In this document: piece after piece, positions 10,345-21,701 of the stretch | How the letters are laid out: each line of letters begins with the position of its first letter | Position numbering within the stretch: position 1 is the first letter of the stretch | The notes under the pieces: model-generated | Told to the model about the DNA's origin: nothing | What the model saw: the letters and a program-made list of their open reading frames with translations, nothing else | Databases searched by the model: none | NCBI GenBank assembly: GCA_000002445.1 | Contig: CM000208.1 | Location: forward strand, 288,001-352,000 | Length of the DNA stretch: 64,000 bases | Source: Trypanosoma brucei | Taxonomy: Eukaryota | Direction: 5' to 3' | Program-made: the position numbers and the translations under genes

Positions 10345-11161
10345 AATATGAAGCCTCTCGACTCTCCCTCAGGAGTTACAAACTCAGGATGTGCTTGTGG
10401 GCTCGACTCACTGGGTATTTAATGGCTCCCTCTCCCCCGCTCCTGGCGATGCAAGGCCGTGAAACGTGAGTGGATGCAGCGGTACTAGAACAACAAAAAA
10501 GCAACTGATAGCAACGATACACTTTGATTGCAGCCTCCTTTTCTTCTTCGTTTCCACAGGTCGTTGGTCCCCGTATGACTTTGACGCACCAAACGGTTCC
10601 ACCTTTTAAAGCTAATAAGTAACGATAGATGGAAGTAAATCCTTTTCTTGCTGTATTTTTTCTTACACTTCCCCCTCTTGCTGTTTTCTCGCTACCTAAA
10701 GACCTCACAGCGAGCCGTCACAACCACGATGAAAGTGGGCCTTTAGTACTACTTTTTGCGCCGTTGCTCCCTCACACTTCTCTCTTTTAAACCCTACGTA
10801 GCAACCGCAGTCCAACAGCAACACACAAAGTAAACAGTTGAGACAAACGGGAGTTGAGATGCTTCAGGACTCCACAAAACTACTGAAGCAAAGATAATGC
10901 GTGACTTTGCTTCAGCGAAACTTCGAGCGGACAGACAACTGAGCGCAAATTTGATGAGCTTTCCCTTCCTTTATTTCCTTGCACCTCCAAAGTAATAAAA
11001 AAATAGATTTGCGAGCCGAACTTCGCACTTTAGGTTATGTCACGAATGCTGCTCAGGAATCCAAGGGAAAGCAACGACAGCAGCAACGGTTGATAAAAGC
11101 AGAACAGGTGCTCAATATGTTTTTTTTTCTTTTTCCTTGGTTTGCCGTAGGAGGGGAGTCG

Positions 11162-11181
11162 TATATATATATATATATATA
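11162..11181. repeat. (TA)10 microsatellite
   Basis: gtatatatatatatatatatactg. Confidence 0.9.
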
Positions 11182-12556
11182 CTGTGTCCACTACGCAAAT
11201 GGCTGCAGATGTATCATCCATCCGCAGCGGCAAAGGCGTGAATTCACACAAACTCAAGAAAGTTGGAAAAAGAACAAAAAGGTGAGAAAATGCTACGGTT
11301 TGGAGAGCGATGGAGACACGGACAGACCTGCGAGTGAAGAGGCAAAGCGAAGTCACGTAAGCACATCGTCGGCAACATAAATCGTGGTAGGAACGCTAAC
11401 AACAGAAGTAAATATAATGGTAATGAGGGTAGTGACCGAAACAGAAGTACCAAAGAGGAAGAATCAATAACCACAACAAAAAAGTAGGAAAATAAACACG
11501 TACACGCATGAGAAGAACATTCATTTTTTTTTCAAAAGGGGAAAGAAAAAATTTTTGCGCCTGCGGACTCGACGCAACATCAAAAAAGTGGCACTGTAAT
11601 GGTCAGGTTAGGCAGCAATCATAAATAGGGAGAGGAGAGAAACAGGAAGAAGGACAGACACGGTGGTACACCCTCCTACCCGAGTGTTTGCAGGAGCTTC
11701 AGCATCCCTTTCAATCTATTACGCTAACCAAATAAATCACACCTTCCCCTTGCTTAATATAAAAGGCGTAAAGAAAATGACGATCATAGTACTGGTTTAA
11801 AATGTGTGTTGGTGCGAGATTGCCATGTTCCGCTGTAAGAAACAGTATAAACTTTCCCGCACACATACACACATATATATATGTTATGTATGTAATATAT
11901 ATATATATATAATTTATATTTGTCTCTTCGCATATAGTCGTGAATATGAATGAACATGTGTACCTGTCCTATCTACTCTCTTCGGACAGATGGTTTCTTC
12001 AGAGCTTAGAAAAAAAAAATAGATTAGGTTTACTATTTCATCTGTCGACTTGATTTGCATCTCCCCCCTTCCCCTCCTTGCATTCCTTCCGTTAGCCTTC
12101 TACTCTACGAGAAACATAAGAAAAATGAAAACTGAATAAGCGCCGCGTAAACAACTGCTACCACCGCATCGGCATATCATTACTCTACTCCTTCATAATC
12201 GTAATGAGTTGTAAATGATAACAAAAAGAAATGACATATCGTGCAGCGCCGCACAGGAACCATATATGCCCATCACTCTTTTACTGTATTACGTTACATG
12301 CTAAAAAAGAGAAATTTAGTAATAATAATATTAGTACTTGAAGGAGGGAAATACCAACAGTAAGAAAAACGGGGTTGGTCGCAAGAAATTTCCCAAAGAA
12401 TGATGAGCACAAAAACAGAGGATGAAGCATCAACACGCACCTGGGAACAAAGATTACACCTTCTATATGATATCGGTTGTCGCATCAGTTCTATCTATAT
12501 ATATATATATATAGAACCTTATGACACCCACAAACAAACCTCCAGCGTCAACTGTC

Positions 12557-14398
12557 CTATGCATTGTTACCGGCGAGTTGTGCTCCAACAAATGTTGAGG
12601 GCTCAGCGGAGAGCTCGTCGCTGCCACCTCCGCATGCTGCGGCGTAACCCATTGCAAAAGCCGGGGCGCTAGCCGTTCCCGTCCCCGTCCCCGCCGCTGC
12701 TGGCGGCGTCCCGCACGGGTTCCACCGCAAATTGTCGACGGTGGGAGAAGTGAAAGAAACTTTCGTGTGTGCAATTGGTTGCGGGCGATACAACGGAATC
12801 TCACTCGGTTTAGTGGGAACCTCCGATTCTAACATGCGCGTGATGCTTTCATGTTCGTTAATCATATCACGCAAGTGAGACTCTACACGCTCTGCTTCGC
12901 GGGTGGGCGCGCGGTCGCGCGGTGTTGATATTTCAATGGAAGGAAACGGCGGCAGATGCGGGGTAATGTAGTCATTGCCCGCAGCTGGCACCGACGCCGC
13001 ACTAGCCATCCCCGCTACTACACCTGGTCGCTGAAGCGGAAGTATAGGGTCCAACTGAAACGCAGGGAAGGGCCTCGGGGTACCAAGTGGATGCGGGGCA
13101 AAGGGAAGATACGATTGAGGCAGGGTATGTGGGTTCCCACCTGGAAGTTGCCCCGCGGGTATGGCCATATTAGTGACTGGGTCATTTCCGGCGGCCGCGC
13201 CATTGCCCAAGGGTTCAGCGCCTGGGGCAGTATGTTCCAGGGGTTCAGGTGACCCACCGCGCCCCCCTCGTAAATGGTCCGTTCCGTTGTCACTATAAAA
13301 GTTACTATACACACTGTTTTTATTGTTTTCCTTCTCTTTCTGCATTTCTAATTCTGCTGCCCTCCTCTCGTCCTCTTGACGTTGCTTTTTATCGTTGATT
13401 TGTCTCATCAGGTCTTCACGCAGCTGTTCGTCACTTGTCCAATTCGACCGCCCCCCACCGCGACCTTTTTTCACCCGGCCTGCCGCCTCAGAATGCTCCC
13501 GCTCCATCTCTGACTGCTCCTTTTGACCGAGACGTAGTCGCTCCGCACGAGCGGCGTCCTCCCTCCGTCTCTCTTCCTCCATTTGCAACTGCCGCTCCAA
13601 CTGCTGCTGGCGCCTGCGTTCCTCACATAGTCGTGCGTTTTCCTGTTGAAACTCAATGGCCCGTTGACGAGCCGCGCGCTTAGCTTCCGCAGAATCCTCA
13701 AAAGCGTTGAGATTAGGTAATGTTCCAACAGCCGCAGACCGCGGACGATGGAAGTCACCACGACTGCATGAGCGCCCAATAGGGTTGTTAATATACGGGA
13801 GCGGCGTCTCGGCGCGTGGCGTCCCTGCATTTACTGGGGGGAGTTGCAGTGGTGGTAAGTTGTTGGGTGCGGCGGGGGCGCAATTGTACAAGTATTGCGG
13901 CGGGGACTGGTGATAACACGCGTTGACACCGGGTGCGATCAGTGGGTGGCTAACAGGCGCGCACGCTCCCAACATAGGTTTGAACCACAATGGGTTTTTG
14001 TTAACCACTGGTGGAAGAGGCGCCCACGCCGCCGCAGGCTGCACAGGAGGAGGGGGAAGCGGAGGAAGAGCTTGGCCGAAGTTCGAAACTAAACCACCAC
14101 GATAGTTATTACCCAGAGCGTTGCCATTCACTTGTAGTGGTGTAAAATTAACATCGAATCGCTCCATTAGGGCGCTTGGTTGCTGCTGCTGCCACGGTTG
14201 CTGTTGTTGCTGCTCGACATAATGCGGTTGCCGACGAGGAGTGGCCGGTGGACCCCCATTGTACGCCCGTGGGGTGTTGCGGGGCTGACCTTGTGGCAGA
14301 ATTCCTATATTGTGATGATGATCGATCTCATATTCGCTGTCATCGTGACCAATTTTCCCAGCTATTCTCTGCCTCCTTTTGCGCTGGGCAAAAAGCAT
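12557..14398 (-). CDS. Hypothetical Pro/Gln-rich low-complexity protein with a central charged coiled-coil (613 aa)
   Basis: Long ORF containing QQQQQPWQQQQP, LPPLPPPPVQPAAAWAPLPPV and EERRRQQQLERQLQMEEERRREDAARAERLRLGQKEQSEMEREH. I recognise no catalytic domain. Confidence 0.55.
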   Translation of the reverse strand: MLFAQRKRRQRIAGKIGHDDSEYEIDHHHNIGILPQGQPRNTPRAYNGGPPATPRRQPHYVEQQQQQPWQQQQPSALMERFDVNFTPLQVNGNALGNNYRGGLVSNFGQALPPLPPPPVQPAAAWAPLPPVVNKNPLWFKPMLGACAPVSHPLIAPGVNACYHQSPPQYLYNCAPAAPNNLPPLQLPPVNAGTPRAETPLPYINNPIGRSCSRGDFHRPRSAAVGTLPNLNAFEDSAEAKRAARQRAIEFQQENARLCEERRRQQQLERQLQMEEERRREDAARAERLRLGQKEQSEMEREHSEAAGRVKKGRGGGRSNWTSDEQLREDLMRQINDKKQRQEDERRAAELEMQKEKENNKNSVYSNFYSDNGTDHLRGGRGGSPEPLEHTAPGAEPLGNGAAAGNDPVTNMAIPAGQLPGGNPHTLPQSYLPFAPHPLGTPRPFPAFQLDPILPLQRPGVVAGMASAASVPAAGNDYITPHLPPFPSIEISTPRDRAPTREAERVESHLRDMINEHESITRMLESEVPTKPSEIPLYRPQPIAHTKVSFTSPTVDNLRWNPCGTPPAAAGTGTGTASAPAFAMGYAAACGGGSDELSAEPSTFVGAQLAGNNA

Positions 14399-15025
14399 TC
14401 TAGAAACGACCTCCTCTCTATGTAGCCAAATGCTGAAATTGTGACCTAAGCACGTTTACGGCACGCACGTTGGTACGAAAACCCTTCTGTGTAGGGTATA
14501 CCCAAGAGACGTGTTAATAAATTTGAAGGTAAACAAATAAGAAACAGCAAACGTGTTGGCCAAAAAGAGCACGAGTAGTGACAACAACAAAAAGCTTATG
14601 TTCTTCGGAACGGCACCAAACGTCAAACACAAGCACTTCCACACGGAAGACCAAAGAAACGGTAAGCACGAAGATAAGGTATTAAGGGATCGATGAACAG
14701 GAACTAGTACCTTGCGTCAACGCCCTCATGCATTTCCTATGTGCCAGTTCAGAGAAACAATAAGCGGCTCCTTGCCTAATTTTCTTCCCTTCCAGAACTT
14801 CCCCCTCCCCCGCCAAAACTGATCCGTCGGCTTGACTTTCCGTTCTCCCTAGCTTCCTTTCCCATCAAGTAGTATACATAAAACGGCGTCCTACCGAACA
14901 CCAGCCAAATTTGTTTGGCTCCTCGTCGCATCTAACAGGGGACTCAAACACTTCCCCAGCACACCAAAGGACGGAGAAGGAACGAATTATACTCTAAGCG
15001 ACAAAGCTCACTTATGTATGGAGAC

Positions 15026-15850
15026 TTACGGAGTTGAAGGCATCGAAATCATGTGCTCTAGCTGATTGCGCTTCAGTATGCCTTCCTTCTTGATTGCTGC
15101 CACCTCATCGCTGTGCTGTTTCCCCACAATAAGCATTTCTTCCTCACCCCTCGCCGATGCCTCGTCACACTGCTGCCGCAGCGTCTTTTCCTCCTCCGCA
15201 AGTTCTTCCATGCGTTTCTTCAACTTCCCCAAATCCTGCTGGACACGGCTTGTATCCTTCTCACCCTTCAGTGCCAAACGAAACGCATACCCGACGCGCG
15301 ACTCGAACAACTCGCGGTGTGCCGTTTGCGCCGCCACTCTTTCCGCGTGAATCTTTAGGAGCACTAAACCACGTTCCCAGCACTCGACAGTCACCTGTCG
15401 TATCACTTCGAGGAAACACTCGGCTAGTAGAAGAGATCGAATAGGACAGATGCCCGTGCGCTTCGCACCCGTCTCCCGCAATCGACGCCTCAGTTTCTCG
15501 TGTGTTTCGACAGTGTCAGTACGGGAGGCGGGCTTCGGGCTCGCGTGCTGGACCCACAACACCCCATCGTCATCATACCAAGCCCGTGGGGGAATGAAAG
15601 AGTCCAGCACCACACGCACGTTGGGATCCACCACGCTCTCTTCTATGGGCTCGCCGAAACGACGGCGGAGCTTAACGGAACGTTTTGGATCAGCTGGTGA
15701 AAATGGAAGCTCATAGCGAATAAGTGATGTGCTAGGGTCAACGGGACCAGTGACCATCGCATAATTGCGTTGGGGGGCATTTGGACCACCACGGGAAGCG
15801 ACCAATGGTCGCCTGTTCGTCCTGCTAGTTGACATCCCGTAAGGTTGCAT
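15026..15850 (-). CDS. Axonemal inner-arm dynein light chain p28 (DNALI1-like), 274 aa
   Basis: PPRAWYDDDGVLWVQHAS...RETGAKRTGICPIRSLLLAECFLEVIRQVTVECWERGLVLLKIHAERV matches the p28/DNALI1 core (PPREWVEDTQLWIQQVS...RETGICPVRRELYSQCFDELIREVTINCAERGLLLLRVRDE). It is followed by a C-terminal coiled-coil, KLKKRMEELAEEEKTLRQQCDE. Confidence 0.7.
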   Translation of the reverse strand: MQPYGMSTSRTNRRPLVASRGGPNAPQRNYAMVTGPVDPSTSLIRYELPFSPADPKRSVKLRRRFGEPIEESVVDPNVRVVLDSFIPPRAWYDDDGVLWVQHASPKPASRTDTVETHEKLRRRLRETGAKRTGICPIRSLLLAECFLEVIRQVTVECWERGLVLLKIHAERVAAQTAHRELFESRVGYAFRLALKGEKDTSRVQQDLGKLKKRMEELAEEEKTLRQQCDEASARGEEEMLIVGKQHSDEVAAIKKEGILKRNQLEHMISMPSTP

Positions 15851-16302
15851 CTGGTAATTTCGGTAAATGCTCCACTTCTCCTATGCGCCTTCCGTGTCGC
15901 TCTTTCTTTCTTTTTTTAATGGAAGTGTCTGATTGAAGTCCACTAAAAACCTCTTCACAAAACCGCAGGGTGCGCAGTAATGTATGGTTATCGGATGAAA
16001 AGGGAAAGTGTTTCAAAGAAGGAAGTGAGAAAGAAGCCATAGCTAGTTACGGAAATAAATTTCGTTGGGGGAATTTTGTATGCGCTTGCAGGCCGGTGTT
16101 ATACAACGAAGGAAAGGGCAGTTTATGTAAGTTCCTTCAACGCTCCAAACTAAACTTGGGCATTGCCTAGCATACAAACGTCCGCGTGGGCGCGAGTCAC
16201 ATTAGCGCATACTTTTCTATACGTCTTCTATAGGCTTCTTTATTTATTCATTACTTTACTTTTGATTGCGTAAGCACAGTGTGGAGTAGTGTGCTTACGC
16301 AA

Positions 16303-17766
16303 TCAAAAGTAAACAAGGTCACGCATGCTACGTGGCACATCCGCCGGCATTTGCACAGTGTTAAGATAGTTGTAATCGTCCACGACAGTTAATACCGTAT
16401 CACATGTGTCATCAAAGTACGCTTGCTCAAGATAAGGTTCGTAGTGATGTACATGCGAGCGCACTGAGTAAAGCCTCATAAATCGTTCGTGTGCCGACTG
16501 TAGTTTTTGTGCTATTGAACAGTGGTTTGCAAGCATCAGCACCGAGTTCCGATGACCAAGTGGGCTGACGCTACATAAGGCTGTCTTGCAGCCGTCCTCA
16601 TTCCAGTACACAAGCTTCTGCCTTTCACGAATACGGGGAATGTTTCGCGTAAGATCCCCCACAGTGATTTGCGGACCTCGCGCTACGATGGCTGTGGCAA
16701 GGCAAGTACCCGCCTCATGTGTCAGCGCAGAGGATAAACCGTTAGAAACGTCAACGAACTGATGGTTTTTGTCGAGGCATGCTGCTATCATTGTGTCAAC
16801 AGAACGTGGTGCAGAAGCGGCAGCGTGGCGCGCCACACTTAGGGGGGCAATGGCGGAGGTGAGAAACAGCAGCCGCGGGTACGGTACTAGGTTTGTGGTA
16901 ATTTCGTTGATATCCATATTTAGTGGGCCGGGAAATCGCATGGCGCACGTTAAGTTACTGAGCAACTGTGCCACAAGTGCGTTCATAGAGTCGTAGGGGA
17001 GTTTGGTTTGGGTAGGTTGTGCGACACTGTAACCCCGCGCTGCTGGTGCACCCAAAGTGGTTTGCGGTTCCTTACGCTCACCGGCCGCTTGGCCTATGGT
17101 TTTTTGTCCGAGTGCCGAATCCGCCATCCGCGCAAGTGCATCATTGTCTAATGGCAGAACAGCATCAGCGTGCTCAATGAGCTCTCGGACCGCAAACGCA
17201 GTGTTGTATGGGGCCGTCACCACGTCGTCGATAGCTGAGGGCATCACAACAGGGCATATTCGAAACACGTGAGGAAACTCATCTTCTAGCATCCCAAGCA
17301 CACGCGTCCCAAGACCCGCACCAGTTCCACCGCTCAATGAATGCATTATTAAAAAGGATTGTATGCTATCACATCGCTCCACCTGCTCCCGCACAGTCTC
17401 CGTGATACTGTCAATGTACTTGTCACCGTACTCCATATGACCCACCGCCCAGTTGTTACCGGCACCACTTACATCCGACACAAAGAATGTTGCATCAAAG
17501 AGATGCCCTAATGGACCACGGAGCATCGCCCGTAACACACCCTCCTCCATGTCGACAGCTACACAGCGTGCTTTTAGAGAACCGGCCCTGCACGCCTTGT
17601 CACCGACACTTGCAAGGGGAGCGCTACCACTAACATCAAATAGTGCGTCACGAGCATCAGTGAACTGTGGGTTAGCTTTGTGTTCCTGCAACAGCACATC
17701 CCACCACTTAAGTCCCAGCTGGTTACCGCACTGGCCAACTTGAACTGTAACAACCTCACGGGGCAT
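16303..17766 (-). CDS. Epsilon-tubulin, 487 aa
   Basis: The N-terminus reads VVTVQVGQCGNQLG. SLKARCVAVDMEEGVL, SGAGNNWAVGH, the tubulin signature SLSGGTGAGLG, LEDEFPHVFRI and DDVVTAPYNTAFAVRELIEHADAVLPLDNDAL line up with human epsilon-tubulin (SLKARAVLIDMEEGVV, SGSGNNWAVGH, LEDEFPEVYRF, DDVITSPYNSILAMKELNEHADCVLPIDNQSL). Confidence 0.8.
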   Translation of the reverse strand: MPREVVTVQVGQCGNQLGLKWWDVLLQEHKANPQFTDARDALFDVSGSAPLASVGDKACRAGSLKARCVAVDMEEGVLRAMLRGPLGHLFDATFFVSDVSGAGNNWAVGHMEYGDKYIDSITETVREQVERCDSIQSFLIMHSLSGGTGAGLGTRVLGMLEDEFPHVFRICPVVMPSAIDDVVTAPYNTAFAVRELIEHADAVLPLDNDALARMADSALGQKTIGQAAGERKEPQTTLGAPAARGYSVAQPTQTKLPYDSMNALVAQLLSNLTCAMRFPGPLNMDINEITTNLVPYPRLLFLTSAIAPLSVARHAAASAPRSVDTMIAACLDKNHQFVDVSNGLSSALTHEAGTCLATAIVARGPQITVGDLTRNIPRIRERQKLVYWNEDGCKTALCSVSPLGHRNSVLMLANHCSIAQKLQSAHERFMRLYSVRSHVHHYEPYLEQAYFDDTCDTVLTVVDDYNYLNTVQMPADVPRSMRDLVYF

Positions 17767-18102
17767 CAGGGCCTGATATCGGGGCAGACGTAATCTGGAG
17801 AACTGTTAATCGCGCCCCAAAATCTGCGTCGGTGCTAGTTCCCGCTTGATTGATGGGTGACTGTATGCAAGGAGAGAAAAAAGGACACAAATGTGAATAT
17901 AAAAATGAAAAAGAAACAGACCACAAAAACGCAAAAACATAATGAAAGGAAAAATTAAAGGAAAGATTGGGGAGAGTGCTGACGAGGCACCACTTTGTGG
18001 GAAAGTAATTTAAAGGAGAATAAGCAAAAAACTGTTTGAGCTTCGCGTTATCTGGTACCATAGCAGGCGCGCACATTCTTTGCTTCAGGGCACCTAGACT
18101 GC

Positions 18103-21100
18103 TTACCTGCTCGCACGCAACTCCTGTACGAAAGATACGCTCCGTTCCCTTAACGATGATATATACTGTCTTACTGCCTCTACTCGCTTCTCAAGTTCCA
18201 CCTCACGCTTGCAGACGCTCTCCTGTGCAGCATCCAGTCGGGTCAGTAATTTCTCGACCTGATACCTCATATCACCTGAAATGAGGCTAGAACTGTCTGT
18301 GGTGGTTTTCACATTAGAAATATCCGGACGCTGCAACAACGCCGCCACCTGTTCTCTATTCTGGCGCAAAATTTTCCTCTGCCTAAGGACACCGGCGTGC
18401 TTTGACTGCAAAAGCAACAACTGGGAACGCAGCTCTCGCAACATTGACTGGTGAACAGTCGACTGAGGTAACACACCTTCAGTACCCGAAGAACAATCAA
18501 CATCCTCCATTGGTGGTAAAGCCGACTCGGATGGAAACTCCAAGAGCAAGCTTGGTGGCGAAAACGACGATGACGCCAGCGTATTATCGTCTGAGTTACA
18601 AACGGTATCAACGGTGGCAGTTACGCCACATGCGGTAGCTCCATTACTAAGAGTTGTAACGGGCTTCACTCCGATGCCATCACCCCCTTCCGAAAGACGT
18701 GGTTCTTTAAATAGTGGCTCCTCCAGCGGAGAATCGCAGTACAAACCAGCAGGGGAAGTAGTCTCGGACGGCGGCGTTGAGGGCCTGGCCTGTGGCGAGT
18801 TGCAATGAAATTGAGGAATACCAAATGAATCAGTTCCAGAGTACGGGGAGCTCATGTCATCCCCATTCGAGCAGCCTACACTCACCAAACAACTCTGGGC
18901 ACTTATAAGTATTTTTTCAATGTATGCTGCGGCGTCCCCCGTACCAGCAACCCCACCCGTGCTCAGGCTGCCCCCTGGCGTGTCCTCTAAGGAGGGTAGT
19001 TGAAACTGCGGGGCCCGCCCCGAATTCGTCCGCTCGAATGATGAGAGAGAAGAGTGACAGGGCCCAGTTCCAGCTGTATTTCCAGAAACTTTCAGTGGTC
19101 GTGTCAGCAGGGGACCGCTTGTTGGGCCGCGCTCGGATGCCGGCATCTTCTTACGCACATCAACACTGTCCACAGCAACCATAGCCTTTGCAGACCGTGG
19201 TGCTCCCCCACCCTCACCACTGTCACGCACGCAAGACGGTTTGCTCCCCACCGTCACAGACGCGGATGGAGGGTTACCAGCCTGTTCACTTGCCGGCAGC
19301 GATCCGTCTGCAACGGCGGAAACCGCTGATGTAGAAGTAACGATCTCACTTCGAGGCATGCGGTTCACGACATTCGCGCCATCACCAATAGAATTCCTGC
19401 CAACTCCATTGAGGGTTGAACGCTTCGGGCACTTAGGGGGAAGAGACCCCAGTCCTGCTTCTGCCTTTCCCTCCACACGACTCGTAAGGACGCGCCGGCC
19501 ACCTTCGTGAGCGATAGAAGGACCTGAGAGGCCGCTGCGTCGTTCCTGTGTCCCGCGAAACTTCCGGACCATCGTCCCCCCTTCCCGCCACAGTTCATTT
19601 TCTTCCTGAAACCCTTGCGCAATATGTCTCCACCGCTGTCCCTCCTCCCTTAGTGCTATAAGACCGGCGCGCAAGTTGAAGCCAATTTCCACTACCTCCT
19701 CTAGTTTATCGCGAAGAACTTGGCCATCAATAGTATGGGGTAAACCACAAGCACGGATATTAACATCCCCTGAGCTGTCGCCACCACTTCGACCTACCAG
19801 TGTTTCATCCGGGGGCGCTGCTGGTCCGAACTGATGAGGAGGTGAAAGGGGAGGGGGGGCAGTGATGGTGCCAGCAGATCGCTTATAAATATAGGGGTCG
19901 ACTGCGCCGAATATACTTTCCTGAAGATCAGTGATAAGACGGTCCTTTGCTTCCAACAAGCAGCGGAGATAGGCATTTTCCATCACATGGTCTACATCCT
20001 GTCCACTCGGATATTCTTGCCGCCGTGAGCACAACCGGTTTCTATTCATATCCGTGGAAGTACGCTGTCCCATACTTTCTCCTGTGGCGCAGCTGTCAAG
20101 ATCATTTGATGCATGTTGATCACGCCTCCCAGTGGATACAACACTGTAGATATTGAAGCACCCATCACCTCCCCCAGAGCCTGCTGCGGCACTATGTTCA
20201 CTGGAGCCGCACTGAGTCCCACCACAGGATCCTAACTCGGGTTGTGTACATGAGGCAGCGTCATTCCCATCCGCACTATCGCTCGACACGGAAACAAACT
20301 GATCCGAAGGAAAGATATTAAGTCCATCCCCGTACTGACGACTGCAGTGGCCATCAAGAGTGGGAACGGAAGTGGGAAAATGCCCGTAGGCATCCCTCAG
20401 TGCTGCTTCTAAGTAATCAAAAACCTGCTGCTTGTTTAACATCAGGTCCTCTAACTGTTGCACAAACCTCACAACTTCCTCACCCGCATCAGTTTGCCGC
20501 ACTTCTACACATGGAATCGCTTTCCCCGTTTGAACGGCGTCTAAAATATTAAAGGGTGGGTAGCCGCAGCGCGGCACACCGGCGGGTGACTGTGCGGCCA
20601 GCTTACGCAACTGCGCATAGAGGGATTGAACAGCCTCCCTTTGAAGTTGAGCAAGGCTGCCGCATTGCTCTAGTGTTTTCGATATGCGATCAAATTTGTC
20701 AACATGTTGTTTCATGTTGATGTCACCGAAACGAACAGCACCTGCGGGCACTGTCGAATTACTCTGCAAAAGAGCGCGAACCTGAACCACAGCAGTTTTT
20801 GCTGACTCCCATAGCTCCGGTTGAAGGGCCGAAAGCTTAACCTCCGTTACACGTAAGCGAACCAAAGTACGGTTGATCGTCTCAACTGAAGTTGGAGATT
20901 TCAGAGGCTGCACGCCACTACATGCGGTACCAGGTCCGCACCCAACTCCCTCCACTACGCAGTTGCGCAGAACCGAAATAATTGATACACTGTCTGCCTG
21001 AGCTTTTCTGACGTGCGCTAGTATGTCCAAGCATGCATTCAGTGAAGCAGTAGCCTCTGGGCTTGTTGTTAAATCGGCAGTTGGGTTGGATGCCATCGGT

Positions 21101-21105
21101 AGCAT
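18103..21105 (-). CDS. Hypothetical protein, 1000 aa, Ser/Gly/Ala/Pro-rich with short coiled-coil segments
   Basis: Uninterrupted 3-kb ORF on the coding strand of the unit. I recognise no domain. Confidence 0.55.
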   Translation of the reverse strand: MLPMASNPTADLTTSPEATASLNACLDILAHVRKAQADSVSIISVLRNCVVEGVGCGPGTACSGVQPLKSPTSVETINRTLVRLRVTEVKLSALQPELWESAKTAVVQVRALLQSNSTVPAGAVRFGDINMKQHVDKFDRISKTLEQCGSLAQLQREAVQSLYAQLRKLAAQSPAGVPRCGYPPFNILDAVQTGKAIPCVEVRQTDAGEEVVRFVQQLEDLMLNKQQVFDYLEAALRDAYGHFPTSVPTLDGHCSRQYGDGLNIFPSDQFVSVSSDSADGNDAASCTQPELGSCGGTQCGSSEHSAAAGSGGGDGCFNIYSVVSTGRRDQHASNDLDSCATGESMGQRTSTDMNRNRLCSRRQEYPSGQDVDHVMENAYLRCLLEAKDRLITDLQESIFGAVDPYIYKRSAGTITAPPPLSPPHQFGPAAPPDETLVGRSGGDSSGDVNIRACGLPHTIDGQVLRDKLEEVVEIGFNLRAGLIALREEGQRWRHIAQGFQEENELWREGGTMVRKFRGTQERRSGLSGPSIAHEGGRRVLTSRVEGKAEAGLGSLPPKCPKRSTLNGVGRNSIGDGANVVNRMPRSEIVTSTSAVSAVADGSLPASEQAGNPPSASVTVGSKPSCVRDSGEGGGAPRSAKAMVAVDSVDVRKKMPASERGPTSGPLLTRPLKVSGNTAGTGPCHSSLSSFERTNSGRAPQFQLPSLEDTPGGSLSTGGVAGTGDAAAYIEKILISAQSCLVSVGCSNGDDMSSPYSGTDSFGIPQFHCNSPQARPSTPPSETTSPAGLYCDSPLEEPLFKEPRLSEGGDGIGVKPVTTLSNGATACGVTATVDTVCNSDDNTLASSSFSPPSLLLEFPSESALPPMEDVDCSSGTEGVLPQSTVHQSMLRELRSQLLLLQSKHAGVLRQRKILRQNREQVAALLQRPDISNVKTTTDSSSLISGDMRYQVEKLLTRLDAAQESVCKREVELEKRVEAVRQYISSLRERSVSFVQELRASR

Positions 21106-21502
21106 CTTGATTGTTTACGAGACCTTTCTTGTAATAAACACAGCGGCCACTATATTAATTAAAGTACTAGATCGTTAAAACTACACAGCTCCCGCTGGTG
21201 CAGGATGGTGTGTCTCCTTGCTCCAGCTTGAAGTCAGCCACGTAGGCGGGCAAATGCGCTAAAAGGAGTCTGTTATGCTTCGGGAGGCCCAGAACTGTGT
21301 GGCGTTCAAGGGAGGAAATTACACTTCACGGGAACAACAAAAAATAAAAGGAAGTAACACAGTTCCCGAGAGTGGTGCTCATATAACTATGAGAGGGAAG
21401 GGGATGAGTCACAGTGGGGGAAAGCAAAAAGATGTAAAAGCCATCCGCTCATACGTTCCTCGCCCGTTCGGCATACGAAAACCATCGCATCCCTGAACAC
21501 AT

Positions 21503-21519
21503 ACACACACACACACACA
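21503..21519. repeat. (AC)8-9 microsatellite
   Basis: atacacacacacacacacacaaac. Confidence 0.85.
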
Positions 21520-21701
21520 AACTTGCCCGCTCGCGGTTTCCACGGTACTCACCTGGGAGGAGCAAAAGTTAAAGAAATTTCCCACCCACGGCAGATGAGC
21601 CCCAAACAACGAAAACGAATATGGAAAAAAGACAGGAGAAAAAATAATGCCCTACTAGCAACGCAGTCCAACGGTTAAAGGTTGGGAGGGTACAGCTGTT
21701 T

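Noticed and set aside
10376-10708. 110-aa minus-strand ORF immediately upstream of the kinesin start
   Set aside because: It lies in the expected 5'UTR/processing region and has low-complexity composition. It is probably a spurious ORF or UTR read-through.
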